DNA of 64,000 nucleotides from Negativicutes bacterium (GTDB lineage Bacteria; Bacillota; Negativicutes; UBA1444): NCBI GenBank assembly GCA_963665275.2, contig CAXXIN010000007.1, positions 256,001 to 320,000 of the forward strand, read 5' to 3'. Shown piece by piece: positions 50,179 to 59,681 of this stretch (position 1 is its first letter; each line of letters starts with the position of its first letter). The notes under the pieces were generated by a model. It saw only the letters and a program-made list of their open reading frames with translations, ran no database searches and was not told where the DNA came from. The position numbers and the translations under genes were made by a program.

Positions 50179-51363
50179 TTGTTTAACTTTAACTCAAAAG
50201 TTTCTTGGCGGCCTCAGCCCTTGTTATTGTTGTCCCTAAGTCACATGGTCACAGACCTGAGCCAGGGAGCTCTGCCAATCTTATTACCTTCACTGAAAAC
50301 AGCCCTGGATCTCTCTTATACACAAATCGGCATTATTGTACTGGTTCAAAACATCACTTCTTCCATTATTCAGCCAATTTTCGGGATGATTACGGATAAA
50401 GTATCGTTACCCTGGCTACTGCCCCTCAGCGTGTTCCTGTCCGGATTAGGAATGGCGATCACCGGATTAATGCACACTTATGGGATGGTATTGCTGGCGG
50501 TGGTTATAGGCGGGCTGGGTGTCGCCGGCTTCCATCCGCAGGCTTCCAAATCGGTCCATTTCGTAAGTGCGGAAGCGCTTCGTGGAAGGAGCATGGGACT
50601 GTTCTCCGTCGGCGGCAACTTTGGCATGGCCATAGGTGCTACGTTCATGATGTTGCTCATTACGTTGCCGGGAGGGCTTTACAATACGGCCTGGTTTATG
50701 ATTCCCGGTTCCATCACTGCCTTGTTGCTGTGGCGCCATCTCGACAAAGTATCGCCCCAATCCTTTCATCGACCCGGAACTAAATCCCCTGCCTCCGCGA
50801 AATCAATCAAGATGACTCCCCTGCTGGTCTTGTTGACCTTTATCTTCTGCCGCTCGACGCTGCACTCCGGCTTATCGACTTACATCCCCATCTATTACGT
50901 CAATTATTTGAATGGTAGCCCTGTCTATGCCGGGTACCTGCTGTCCCTTTTCCTCATCGGCGGTGTCTTCGGCACCTTCATTGGTGCCATGCTGTCTGAT
51001 AAATTCGGCCGCAAAACCATCATCACCCTATCCATGGCGGTCGTTTTCCCGATGGTTGTAGCCATCCCTTTCACCAGCGGAATCATGACGATGATATTAT
51101 TGATCTTTACCGGCTTTGCCCTGATTTCCTCCTTCGCCACCACCTTGGTTCTCTCGCAGGAGCTGATGCCTGGCTACGAAGGAATGGCCTCCGGGTTGAC
51201 GATCGGTCTTACCATAGGTCTCGGGGGCGTCGGGGTGACTGCGCTGGGCTATATCGCAGACCTATCAGGAATTCCCGCAGTATTCAACGTCATGCCGGTC
51301 CTGCCGGTTCTGGGCGGCCTGCTGGCAATGTTTTTGCCAGGACGATTATTTCACCGCGATTGA
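50179..51363 (+). CDS. MFS transporter, Fsr-like
   Basis: SSIIQPIFG, FHPQA, FSVGGNFG, LSDKFGRK; about 12 TM segments. Confidence 0.9.
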   Translation: MFNFNSKVSWRPQPLLLLSLSHMVTDLSQGALPILLPSLKTALDLSYTQIGIIVLVQNITSSIIQPIFGMITDKVSLPWLLPLSVFLSGLGMAITGLMHTYGMVLLAVVIGGLGVAGFHPQASKSVHFVSAEALRGRSMGLFSVGGNFGMAIGATFMMLLITLPGGLYNTAWFMIPGSITALLLWRHLDKVSPQSFHRPGTKSPASAKSIKMTPLLVLLTFIFCRSTLHSGLSTYIPIYYVNYLNGSPVYAGYLLSLFLIGGVFGTFIGAMLSDKFGRKTIITLSMAVVFPMVVAIPFTSGIMTMILLIFTGFALISSFATTLVLSQELMPGYEGMASGLTIGLTIGLGGVGVTALGYIADLSGIPAVFNVMPVLPVLGGLLAMFLPGRLFHRD

Positions 51364-51457
51364 TTCTGCGATTTGAGACAAAAGGATTTTCTTTTTTGCG
51401 CGTCGAATGAATGTTTGTTCCCAAAGAAATACATAGAAGTATAAGGAGGCCGCACAG

Positions 51458-52104
51458 ATGAAACAATTTATCCAATGGCACAATGACACCTTCGGTGAAA
51501 AAGTTGTCAAGGCTCTCGAAAAAAACAATTTCCAGGCCTATTACGTTGCAACCCGCGCAGCTGCAATTGAAAAAGTTAACTCCCTGATTCCCGCCGGCGC
51601 CACTGTCGGTGTAGGTGGATCCTGGACCCTAAAAGAGATGGGCATCCCCGAACAATTGGAAAAAGACGGCCACGAAGTATATGACCATAACAAACCCGGA
51701 CTAACCATGGAAGAATCCATGTCGCTACGGCGCAAGGAACTTCTGTGTGACGTCTTCCATCTCCGGCACCAATGCGATCACAATGGATGGTCAGCTGGTG
51801 AACACGGATGGATCAGGCAACCGGGTCGCAGCCATGAGCTTCGGTCCGAAGAAAGTAGTCGTCCGTTGTCGGTGTGAATAAAATCGTTTGCAGATCTAGA
51901 CGCAGCCATGGAACGCATCGAAAATGTACGCCGCCCCCATCAACAATAAACGTCTCGACCGGGCCCAACCCCTGCACCGTCACCGGGCACATGCATGGAT
52001 TGTCAGGGTGCGACCCGCATCTGCAATATTACGACCATTCTGCACAAAAAACCGCCGACAATTGATTTCCATGTTGTCATCGTTGAGAAGAACTCGGCTT
52101 CTAA
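51458..52104 (+). pseudogene. LUD-domain (lactate utilization) protein, frameshifted as given; possibly a sequencing artefact
   Basis: Correcting about 7 single-base indels restores [51 protein letters not shown]. Confidence 0.8.
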
Positions 52105-52281
52105 GAAATGGTTCTGACCCCTTATATTTTCAGATTTAAAGGCGCTTCGGTTCAGGCTTGAACCGAAGCGCCTTTCATATACACTATTATCACAGATCTT
52201 GGCCTCTGTCTTACTGCGATACATCCAAAATCTTACGAGTTTTTTCACACAATATTCATTTCGTTAAAACCAGAAATCGAT

Positions 52282-52644
52282 TCATATTTTTTTTGCTGCG
52301 TCCGCCACCAGTTGAGGATCGCTTTCCAGTTGATAAGAATTGAGGATGTTTTTGATTCGCTCATTAAAACCGTTATCAACGGCTTCGGCCAGAACAGGGG
52401 CTTGAACCTGCGCCGGAGCGACCTTACTCTCCTTGCTTTTCGTGTTGACGGTATATCCGGACAAATCTTTTCCGATGATTTTACTGGCTTCCACCATATT
52501 CGCTTCGCGCAGAAACTTTTTGAACTGTGTCTTGGTATCATTCGAAAGGCTCTTATAATCCCGCATGAAATCTTCGCGTTCATCCTTCGGAACCTGTTTG
52601 CGTATATTGCGAATTTCAGCAGGGTAATCAAAAAGTCCAAACAT
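52282..52644 (-). CDS. Hypothetical protein
   Basis: 120 aa, RBS AGGAG, helical character. Confidence 0.65.
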   Translation of the reverse strand: MFGLFDYPAEIRNIRKQVPKDEREDFMRDYKSLSNDTKTQFKKFLREANMVEASKIIGKDLSGYTVNTKSKESKVAPAQVQAPVLAEAVDNGFNERIKNILNSYQLESDPQLVADAAKKI

Positions 52645-52755
52645 CTCCTATATTCCCCCCGTCACTATCCTTCGTAAAGGATGCCTACAATTTATTTATC
52701 GCAATCTAGCCCAGGGAACATAAGAGTTAAGCGTAATATTTCAACTTTCGCCCCA

Positions 52756-54432
52756 TTAATAGTTTCCGTTTCGACATATAAATTTGCAATAGAAGCTAAG
52801 AATAGGACCCCTGAAAAAGACACCGGGTTTCCTGCAGCGAAGCTTGCAGGTATACCGTTGAGACACAGGGGTCTGAATCATAGAGTCTGCCAGGCCTTGG
52901 TTTATGCTTGCCACCTCTGTAGTCACTGTCGAGATTTCTGGCAAGCGTCCGAACATGAACGCGGCCAGTTCCGGCTCTCCGTCAGAGTATACAAATCCTT
53001 CTTCACCAGATTCAATATTTTCAAGTGTTCCCGCAACAACCACACCAGTTTCCAAGCCCCACTCTTCCAGAGCCGGCACTTCCTCAATAACATCAACGGT
53101 GCTTTCTACCTCAGTAGAGGCTTCTTCCTCAACGATTTCTTCTACCGCAACGATTTCCTCTGCCGCAGCGACTTCCTCTACCGCAGCGACTTCCTCTACC
53201 GCAGCGACTTCCTCTACCGCAGCGACTTCCTCTACCGCAGCGATTTCTTCTACCGCAGCGATTTCTTCTACCGCAGCGACTTCCTCTACCGCAGCGACTT
53301 CCTCTACTTCAGCGACTTCCTCTACTTCAGTTGCAATATTCTCGAAAACTTCGTCCACTATGCGTTCTGCCGAGTTCTCTGCTTCTGTGATTGTGCCGCC
53401 GGCAACTGCTACTGCGAATGGCGAAATACCGAAACCTTCCTGTGCAAAGTTTTCCATATCCTCCATATCTGATTCCATGGCAAGATCGACAACTGTGGTC
53501 ATTGCAGCTTCCGCAGAGGCTTCGAAATCAATTTCGATACCGGTGAAATCTTCCGCCAAAATCCAACTTAAATCCTCAGACGCAATATTTAGATGCCCTG
53601 TTGGGACTTCTGTTTCATTTTCAGGTTTGGTTTCTTCTGTGACCAGGATTTGGATTTCATCACTTTCAATTATGCATGCTTCAACTTCAGGAAGCGACTC
53701 ATTCTCAACCAAAGCGAACGTTTCATTCAAGGAGTTTTCCGCTGGTGTTTCCATGACTGTTTCTTCCACCAGCGCAACAGCTTCCATTTCATCAACCACT
53801 GTTTCAGGTACCAACGTCAATTTGCGGATCGCCATGATGAAGTTCGGATCCAGCAATAGCACCAATCCACGAATCGCCGCCAGGAATTCTTCATCGTTTG
53901 CCTTCGCCAGTTCAGTTTCAGTTGGCTCGATTACAACTGCATCCAGAACTTTCTCAGGCAAAGCTACTGCCGGAGGCAACAGTGTCAATCCACGAATCGC
54001 CGCCAGGAATTCCGCCTCACTTACCAGCTTTGGTTCCGGCTTGGGTTCCGGCTTAAGTTCCACCGGCTTGCTTTCTGTCATCGTGGTTGCGTTGACTATC
54101 GTTAAAACAGGAACTTCTTTATTAGGAACAATGTCCTGTTCACGCTTTTCAGGAGCTGTCATCATTCCTGTCGAAGCAAACGACAGTTGCATCCCTCCCC
54201 CAAAATGCTCATGATCCAATGCAGCTGTTCGCCGGAAGACACTTCCCCATTCGGACATGTGTAGCCAGATATAAGGAATGATCTGTGTCAACAGAATGTA
54301 GGCGAACAACATCGCAACATATAATTTTATAAACAGCAGAATATTCCCTATCGGAAGCAACCACGGATTGGCAGCAAAATGACCTACCAGAAAACTTGCC
54401 AGGAATAATCCGGACCATCCCACAGTCTTCAT
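52756..54432 (-). CDS. Membrane-anchored, highly acidic low-complexity protein; true stop may be near 52902
   Basis: RBS AAGGAGG, two N-terminal TM segments, EFLAAIRGL repeats, VEEVAA repeats. Confidence 0.75.
   Translation of the reverse strand: MKTVGWSGLFLASFLVGHFAANPWLLPIGNILLFIKLYVAMLFAYILLTQIIPYIWLHMSEWGSVFRRTAALDHEHFGGGMQLSFASTGMMTAPEKREQDIVPNKEVPVLTIVNATTMTESKPVELKPEPKPEPKLVSEAEFLAAIRGLTLLPPAVALPEKVLDAVVIEPTETELAKANDEEFLAAIRGLVLLLDPNFIMAIRKLTLVPETVVDEMEAVALVEETVMETPAENSLNETFALVENESLPEVEACIIESDEIQILVTEETKPENETEVPTGHLNIASEDLSWILAEDFTGIEIDFEASAEAAMTTVVDLAMESDMEDMENFAQEGFGISPFAVAVAGGTITEAENSAERIVDEVFENIATEVEEVAEVEEVAAVEEVAAVEEIAAVEEIAAVEEVAAVEEVAAVEEVAAVEEVAAAEEIVAVEEIVEEEASTEVESTVDVIEEVPALEEWGLETGVVVAGTLENIESGEEGFVYSDGEPELAAFMFGRLPEISTVTTEVASINQGLADSMIQTPVSQRYTCKLRCRKPGVFFRGPILSFYCKFICRNGNY
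53131..53329. repeat. 18-bp coding tandem repeat, about 11 units (VEEVAA)
   Basis: Head-to-tail ctaccgcagcgacttcct units. Confidence 0.92.
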
Positions 54433-54601
54433 CTTCGGCCCTCCTTGACACAATAAACTCACAGCAAAGCCCACTTGTACCTATTATTTTACAGAGCGCC
54501 CTGCTCATTGGCATTCTAACATTGGCATAATGAATGCTAAAAAAACGCAGCGATTATTATACGGGTTCAATAACAGGTTCTTTCAAACGATCTCAACACA
54601 A

Positions 54602-54633
54602 AAAAGCTTCTCGCCAAATCACGAGAAGCTTTT
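54602..54633. terminator. Intrinsic terminator
   Basis: aaaagcttctcg/cgagaagctttt inverted repeat. Confidence 0.65.
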
Positions 54634-54650
54634 CAGTATGAACAACGATG

Positions 54651-55170
54651 TCAGTAGGAAGCCTTTCCTTTCATCAAAACCGTTTTGAAATGCCAGCCTT
54701 GGTAACTTGCCACTCCCTCGATGATCTGGCGTACCTGGGCATAGTCCCAGCTGTAGTCAATCACCTTGCCGCCAATCCCGTAGCCGGTTTCATTCACAGT
54801 ACCGGAACGGGCCGTTCCATCGGTTCGGTAAGTCTCAGTCTTGAAACTGAAAAAGGCCCCCAGCCCCTGACCGGTCTCCTTGATGATTTCCCAGAAGATG
54901 ATCGTTCGTGTCCCTGAATCCGCCAGCAAGCGTGCCGAGTATTCGACTTTCTTCTTGCCCACCCCCCAATTCGCATTTGCCAACTCATTCGAAATCTCAA
55001 GGTCGGCTTTCTGTCCCCAGACCAGAGAAAGTTGCGGATACGGCGACAATGCCGTCGCAATGGATTGCAAGAGGGTTTGCCTGTCATCGGAGGACAGCCA
55101 CTCGCGCACCGCAGTTACTGCAAAAACTGTCTGAGTTCATGACGGGCTGACCACATTGATTACAGAACAT
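54651..55170 (-). pseudogene. Zinc-ribbon domain protein with a single frameshift near 55095
   Basis: MFCNQCG..FCSNCGA continues in another frame as SDDRQTLLQ..; RBS GAGGAGG. Confidence 0.7.
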
Positions 55171-55199
55171 AATACGTTCCCTCCTCGTATAATTATGTT

Positions 55200-55430
55200 C
55201 GGGATAAACAGGGAAACCTGTTGAACCTCTCCGCTTGTCTCCCGAGGAACAATCGGAGATACTAATAGCAGAGGACAGAGGAGATCGTCTTCCTCCTTGA
55301 GGTTGAACCTCGAAATTGAGAGTGATCCCTCTGGCCCTGCGGTCCATCACGAATGAGCTGGATGTTGGCCGGTACGACTGGTACTTCGCATGTCTCACGA
55401 GGTTGTGTGCCGCAGCTGCTGGAGGTTATC
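55200..55430 (+). ncRNA. Putative bridge RNA (ends approximate)
   Basis: Stem cagaggagatc/gatccctctg enclosing guides CTTCCTCCT and GAAATTGAG that match the flanking target. Confidence 0.75.
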
Positions 55431-55452
55431 TGTCCCAAAGGGAGGTGCGCAC

Positions 55453-56634
55453 ATGATCATCGTCGGCATCGACATCGCCAAGCGCAGTCATGAGGCCTGT
55501 CTGATGAATGAATCAGGCGGTTTGCTGGGAAAACCATTTTCGTTCCCCAATTCTCTCGCCGGAGTTGAGCTTTTGTTCAAGCAGGTTCAAAAACTCAATC
55601 CCACTTTGCTGCCTGTTGTGTTCGGCATGGAAGCAACCGGTCATTACTGGCTGCCCCTTTATTCCCGGCTGATACAGGATGGCCATGTCGTCCATGTGAT
55701 CAATCCCATTCAGTCCGACAGCCTTCGCAATCTGTACATTCGCCAGACTAAAACGGATGCAGTCGATTCCTTTCTCATCGCTGAGGTCATTCGCTTCGGT
55801 CGGTTTACGCAAACCACCCTGGCCGAACCCGATTTAATTGCGTTGCGTCAACTTTGCCGCTATCGTTTCTCACTGGTAGATAATATATCCGATCTCAAAC
55901 GCAAGGTAATCGCCCTCTTGGATCAAGTGTTTCCGGAATATGAGTCCCTATTTTCTGATCTGTTCGGAGCCTCTTCCCGCCAGATGCTGGCGGAGTTTTC
56001 CACTCCGGAGGAGTTTTTAGCGGTGGATTCTGGGAAGTTAGCTGGCTTGCTTGAACGAACCAGCCGTGGCCGCTTCGGCCTAGATCAAGCTCAACGGATT
56101 CAGAATGCCGCAAAGCATTCGTTTGGAGTCAAATTGGGGATAGACGCCCTGGCCTTTCAATTGCGCCAGCTGGTGGCTCAGATTGTGTTTCTGGAAGAGC
56201 AATTGGCTGAGCTTGGCGAACAAATCAGTGCCTACTATGACCGCTTTTCTTGCACGTTGCATACGGTTCCCGGTATCGGCAAAGTCTTGGCAGCAGCCAT
56301 CCTCAGTGAGATTGGCGATGTTCATCGTTTTTCCGCTCCTGAGAAATTGGTTGCCTTTGCTGGGATGGATCCTTCAATAAAGCAGTCCGGCGAATTCACC
56401 GGCAGCCAAAGCCATATGTCCAAACGGGGCTCGCCGTATCTGCGCAGAGCCGTTTGGTTAGCAGCGTTCCCCGCTTCTAAATTCAATCCGGTCTTTGCTG
56501 CGTTTTATCATAAGAAACGCGAAGAGGGCAAAGCCCATCGTGTTGCTCTGGGCGCGGTTTCTCGCAAGTTGCTTTATACCATTTTTGCTCTTCTCAAATC
56601 TGGTCAAGCCTATGATCCGATGTTGGCACGCTAA
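55453..56634 (+). CDS. IS110 recombinase (DEDD RuvC plus Tnp domain)
   Basis: GIDIAK, GMEATGHY, KTDAVDS, PGIG, QSG serine, SKRGSPYLR; RBS GGAGGT. Confidence 0.96.
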   Translation: MIIVGIDIAKRSHEACLMNESGGLLGKPFSFPNSLAGVELLFKQVQKLNPTLLPVVFGMEATGHYWLPLYSRLIQDGHVVHVINPIQSDSLRNLYIRQTKTDAVDSFLIAEVIRFGRFTQTTLAEPDLIALRQLCRYRFSLVDNISDLKRKVIALLDQVFPEYESLFSDLFGASSRQMLAEFSTPEEFLAVDSGKLAGLLERTSRGRFGLDQAQRIQNAAKHSFGVKLGIDALAFQLRQLVAQIVFLEEQLAELGEQISAYYDRFSCTLHTVPGIGKVLAAAILSEIGDVHRFSAPEKLVAFAGMDPSIKQSGEFTGSQSHMSKRGSPYLRRAVWLAAFPASKFNPVFAAFYHKKREEGKAHRVALGAVSRKLLYTIFALLKSGQAYDPMLAR

Positions 56635-56685
56635 ATTCAGTCGCACCTGTTGACTTTTCATAGCTGGTCTCAATTTTCCTGAAAA

Positions 56686-57441
56686 TCACCCGAAAAGATT
56701 CTTAATTTGATTGTTCTTTTTGCAATAGTCATACCCGATTGAATACAATTCTTCAGCGCGGCTGGTATCTAGAATATTATATTTCTCCAGTCCCGCAGGT
56801 TCTATTAATAAGTCGCATTCATGCTCCAATATTTCTTTATTGATCCCGATACTCAATTCAAAAGTTCTCATCGCCACTTCAATTAAGTTGCCGATCTTGT
56901 GAGTTTCTTTCGGTGAGAGAATATTGATGGCAACAATCTTATCGCACTGACCAACAAGAGGCTTATATGGCAGGTTATCCAGCAATCCTCCATCAACATA
57001 CAGCTGCCCATTGATTTCTACCGGTGCAAACAGAATCGGAATAGAACATGAAGCCTGAAGTGCAGGAATTAAAGCGCCCTCGTTGATGTACTCAACTTTT
57101 CCATTATACAAATTCGAAACTGCAACATAAAAAGGCAGCTTTAAATCGGAAAAATCACTGGCTGATAACTGTTTTTCAATATTTTCCTCGAACTTATCCA
57201 GTGTGAAAAAGCCTGTAATTGGCAACCGCACTTTCGCATAATCCAGAAACTTATTATCTTTCATTAGTGCCATTATTTCATCCGGTTTCTTGCCGGAAGC
57301 AATAAATGCGCCAACAATCGCGCCGGAGCTGACGCCGGAAACAACATCGGGGATAACGCCTTCTTCTTCCAAGGCTTTCAGTACGCCAAGATGGGCAAAC
57401 CCTCTGGTCCCTCCGCCGCCTAAAGCTATTCCTATTTTCAA
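56686..57441 (-). CDS. Patatin-like phospholipase
   Basis: GGGGTRG, GVSSG, DGG. Confidence 0.92.
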   Translation of the reverse strand: MKIGIALGGGGTRGFAHLGVLKALEEEGVIPDVVSGVSSGAIVGAFIASGKKPDEIMALMKDNKFLDYAKVRLPITGFFTLDKFEENIEKQLSASDFSDLKLPFYVAVSNLYNGKVEYINEGALIPALQASCSIPILFAPVEINGQLYVDGGLLDNLPYKPLVGQCDKIVAINILSPKETHKIGNLIEVAMRTFELSIGINKEILEHECDLLIEPAGLEKYNILDTSRAEELYSIGYDYCKKNNQIKNLFG

Positions 57442-57484
57442 TTTTCCTACACTCCTCTGCGTCCTCTATATCATCCGGTCAAAA

Positions 57485-58663
57485 TCATCTCCGCGGCCAC
57501 CACAGGAAAAGCGAGATACAAAATGCCAACCACATACCGCCGGCAAAATAGCCTGCAACTACATCAGTCGGGTAATGGACCCCCAGGTAGACACGGCTAA
57601 CACCAATTGCGACAACCAACGCCATTGCCAACCCAATTACAACCAACCGCCACCGCCAACTTTGGACATGACGCGCGACCAGAAAAGTGATCATGCCATA
57701 AAGGCAAAGCGACACCATGGCGTGCCCGCTGGGAAAACTGTATCCAGCCTCTGTCACCACCTGGAATAAATCCGGGCGAGTGCGTTCAAACATGTTTTTG
57801 AGAAAAAAGTTTAATAGTGCTTCTCCGACCAGACATACGATCAGCCCGGCGCTCTCCAGCCACTGTCGGTAATAAGCGAGAATGAGCAATACAGCTAAAA
57901 TTATCGTCCAGAACGGATACCCAAACCCGAATTCCGATATCATTATCATTACTTGGTCAAGCTCTGGACGAGCCATATATCGAACCAACCAAACAAACAC
58001 ATTGTCAAATAAGTCCATTTGATTGCGAATCAACGTCTCATAAGCCATCTCGGCAAAAAAAACAAATAGGAGTGTGCCTAAAGATAATGCGAATGCGATA
58101 TAAAATATTGACCAATCACGTTTCAACAGTAACAAATGTTCTCTCATCCATAAATAGGGTGGAGATCTTCTGACGATTCGGGCTACCAGCAATACCAATA
58201 TGGGAAACACGACCAAGCTAGCAATTCCTAAAACTATGAAGCCAAGTACCAAAAAATCAGCGACAGGCCGTGGCCCCGGAGCCACTGCCAGCATCAATTT
58301 CTCTACTCGCGCCGCTGAATCACGGTTAACATATCCGCCCAAGACTACCACCGACCCTTTAATATGGGCGCCTGGTGTCAAAAGCAGATTACCATCCACT
58401 ACAACGATTCCTTTCTCCACCACACCGGATACAGTAGCGTTGCCACCAGCAACCAACAGTCTGCCAATTATTTGACCCGCTTCGATATGAATATCCTCGC
58501 GGGAGAACACATCACGATAGGCGGATCGCGAACCATCCAGGGCCAAAGCGCTACTTTCGGCAATTAGAAGCCCTGCAACCAAGAGCGCAAACCAATAAAT
58601 ATATCTGTAAACCGAATTCTGTCTCGGCAAACCCTGACTGTTTTTTTGTTTCCTTTTCAACAT
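57485..58663 (-). CDS. PAP2 phosphatase with an N-terminal beta-repeat domain
   Basis: K..FERTRP, SFPSGH, SRVYLGVHYPTDV. Confidence 0.88.
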   Translation of the reverse strand: MLKRKQKNSQGLPRQNSVYRYIYWFALLVAGLLIAESSALALDGSRSAYRDVFSREDIHIEAGQIIGRLLVAGGNATVSGVVEKGIVVVDGNLLLTPGAHIKGSVVVLGGYVNRDSAARVEKLMLAVAPGPRPVADFLVLGFIVLGIASLVVFPILVLLVARIVRRSPPYLWMREHLLLLKRDWSIFYIAFALSLGTLLFVFFAEMAYETLIRNQMDLFDNVFVWLVRYMARPELDQVMIMISEFGFGYPFWTIILAVLLILAYYRQWLESAGLIVCLVGEALLNFFLKNMFERTRPDLFQVVTEAGYSFPSGHAMVSLCLYGMITFLVARHVQSWRWRLVVIGLAMALVVAIGVSRVYLGVHYPTDVVAGYFAGGMWLAFCISLFLWWPRR

Positions 58664-58870
58664 GATCCCTTTTGAACAACTCCAATAACACTTCATAATC
58701 AAAGGCATGCTTTCATTGCTGGAGCGCCCTGCTTCTTCAATATACTAAAATGTTCTCGCTCTATTATCTCTATCCCTTTTTACCTGCTTAAGTCTTTATT
58801 CGGACAGAAAAAAGCTCCCCGTCTTGTGCAATTTCGCAGTTGACGAGGAGCAAGGTATTCTGGGTGTTTT

Positions 58871-59431
58871 TTATTTGATGAAAGTGACTGTGCCGAGCTT
58901 GCGCGGGGCTGCGGCCGGAGCAATGCCTGAGTTATAACCGAAAGCTCCCGAACCATAGATGACGTATCCTGCAGGAATCTTCAATTCTTTGTTCAGTGCT
59001 TTCCCTTCCTCGGTATCAAACAGGGAACGCAGGGAATGAATCCACACGGAGCCAATCCCCAGGGCGTAAGCCGCCATGAACATGTTCCCCAACGCCAGGC
59101 TGGAATCCGCTTCCGGGGCGACCACTTTCGCATCGGCGGAAACAATAATCAAGGTTGGCGCATGATAAAAAGGACTGAAATTGTCAGCTTTGGCACGCTC
59201 GACAAAAATGGGATCGCCGGAATTGAGAAAGGTCTTTTGAATAACCTGGTTGATTTTCGCCTGCAACTCCTTGTTTTGTACGACAGTGAAATGACAAGGC
59301 TGCTCATTTCGGGCGCTAGGAGCGAATTGGCCCGCTTCGATGATTTGTTGAAGGTTATCATCACTGATTTGCTGTGGTTTGAACGTACGTATGCTTCGGC
59401 GTTGCCGAATGGATTGCAAAACTCCACTCAT
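58871..59431 (-). CDS. Nitroreductase family protein
   Basis: RRSIR.F, APSARNEQP, ALGIGSVW. Confidence 0.92.
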   Translation of the reverse strand: MSGVLQSIRQRRSIRTFKPQQISDDNLQQIIEAGQFAPSARNEQPCHFTVVQNKELQAKINQVIQKTFLNSGDPIFVERAKADNFSPFYHAPTLIIVSADAKVVAPEADSSLALGNMFMAAYALGIGSVWIHSLRSLFDTEEGKALNKELKIPAGYVIYGSGAFGYNSGIAPAAAPRKLGTVTFIK

Positions 59432-59681
59432 GATAGTATCCTCCTTATTTTTACATGATTAAAAAGATGAATCACGTTTGAATCTATTTATAATTATATA
59501 CCTCGCTGGCCACATTATCAAAAACGACCCAAATGACTGCCAGGCTTAGAAACCGGATTTGAAAGAAAAGCCCGAAGGAATTTAACGATTCGAAGAGAAG
59601 TACATTTATTAATGTCTTTGCTCAACCTTGCTCGCAAAAATAGGTCTTCGCACTGGCTGCGGAAAAGGGGAGAAATACGTC

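Larger units (their letters stand above)
55184..56671 (+). mobile_element. IS110 family element
   Basis: CTC core at both ends (55184-55186 and 56669-56671), no terminal inverted repeats, long non-coding left end; joined ends form TTGACT-17-TATAAT. Confidence 0.88.

Noticed and set aside
53131..53329. CRISPR array
   Set aside because: Head-to-tail in-frame 18-mers with no spacers and no cas genes
52904..54214. 436-aa Ser/Thr-rich plus-strand ORF and the overlapping 52681-53472 ORF
   Set aside because: Antisense shadows of the repeat-containing gene, which has the RBS and TM anchor
54523..54537. Sigma-54-like TGGCAT-N5-ATGC
   Set aside because: Plus-strand orientation with no downstream plus-strand gene, and an imperfect -12 element
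55171..55398. N-terminal extension of the zinc-ribbon ORF, and a transposase start at 55390
   Set aside because: Both run through the IS110 non-coding end; RBS-supported starts are 55170 and 55453
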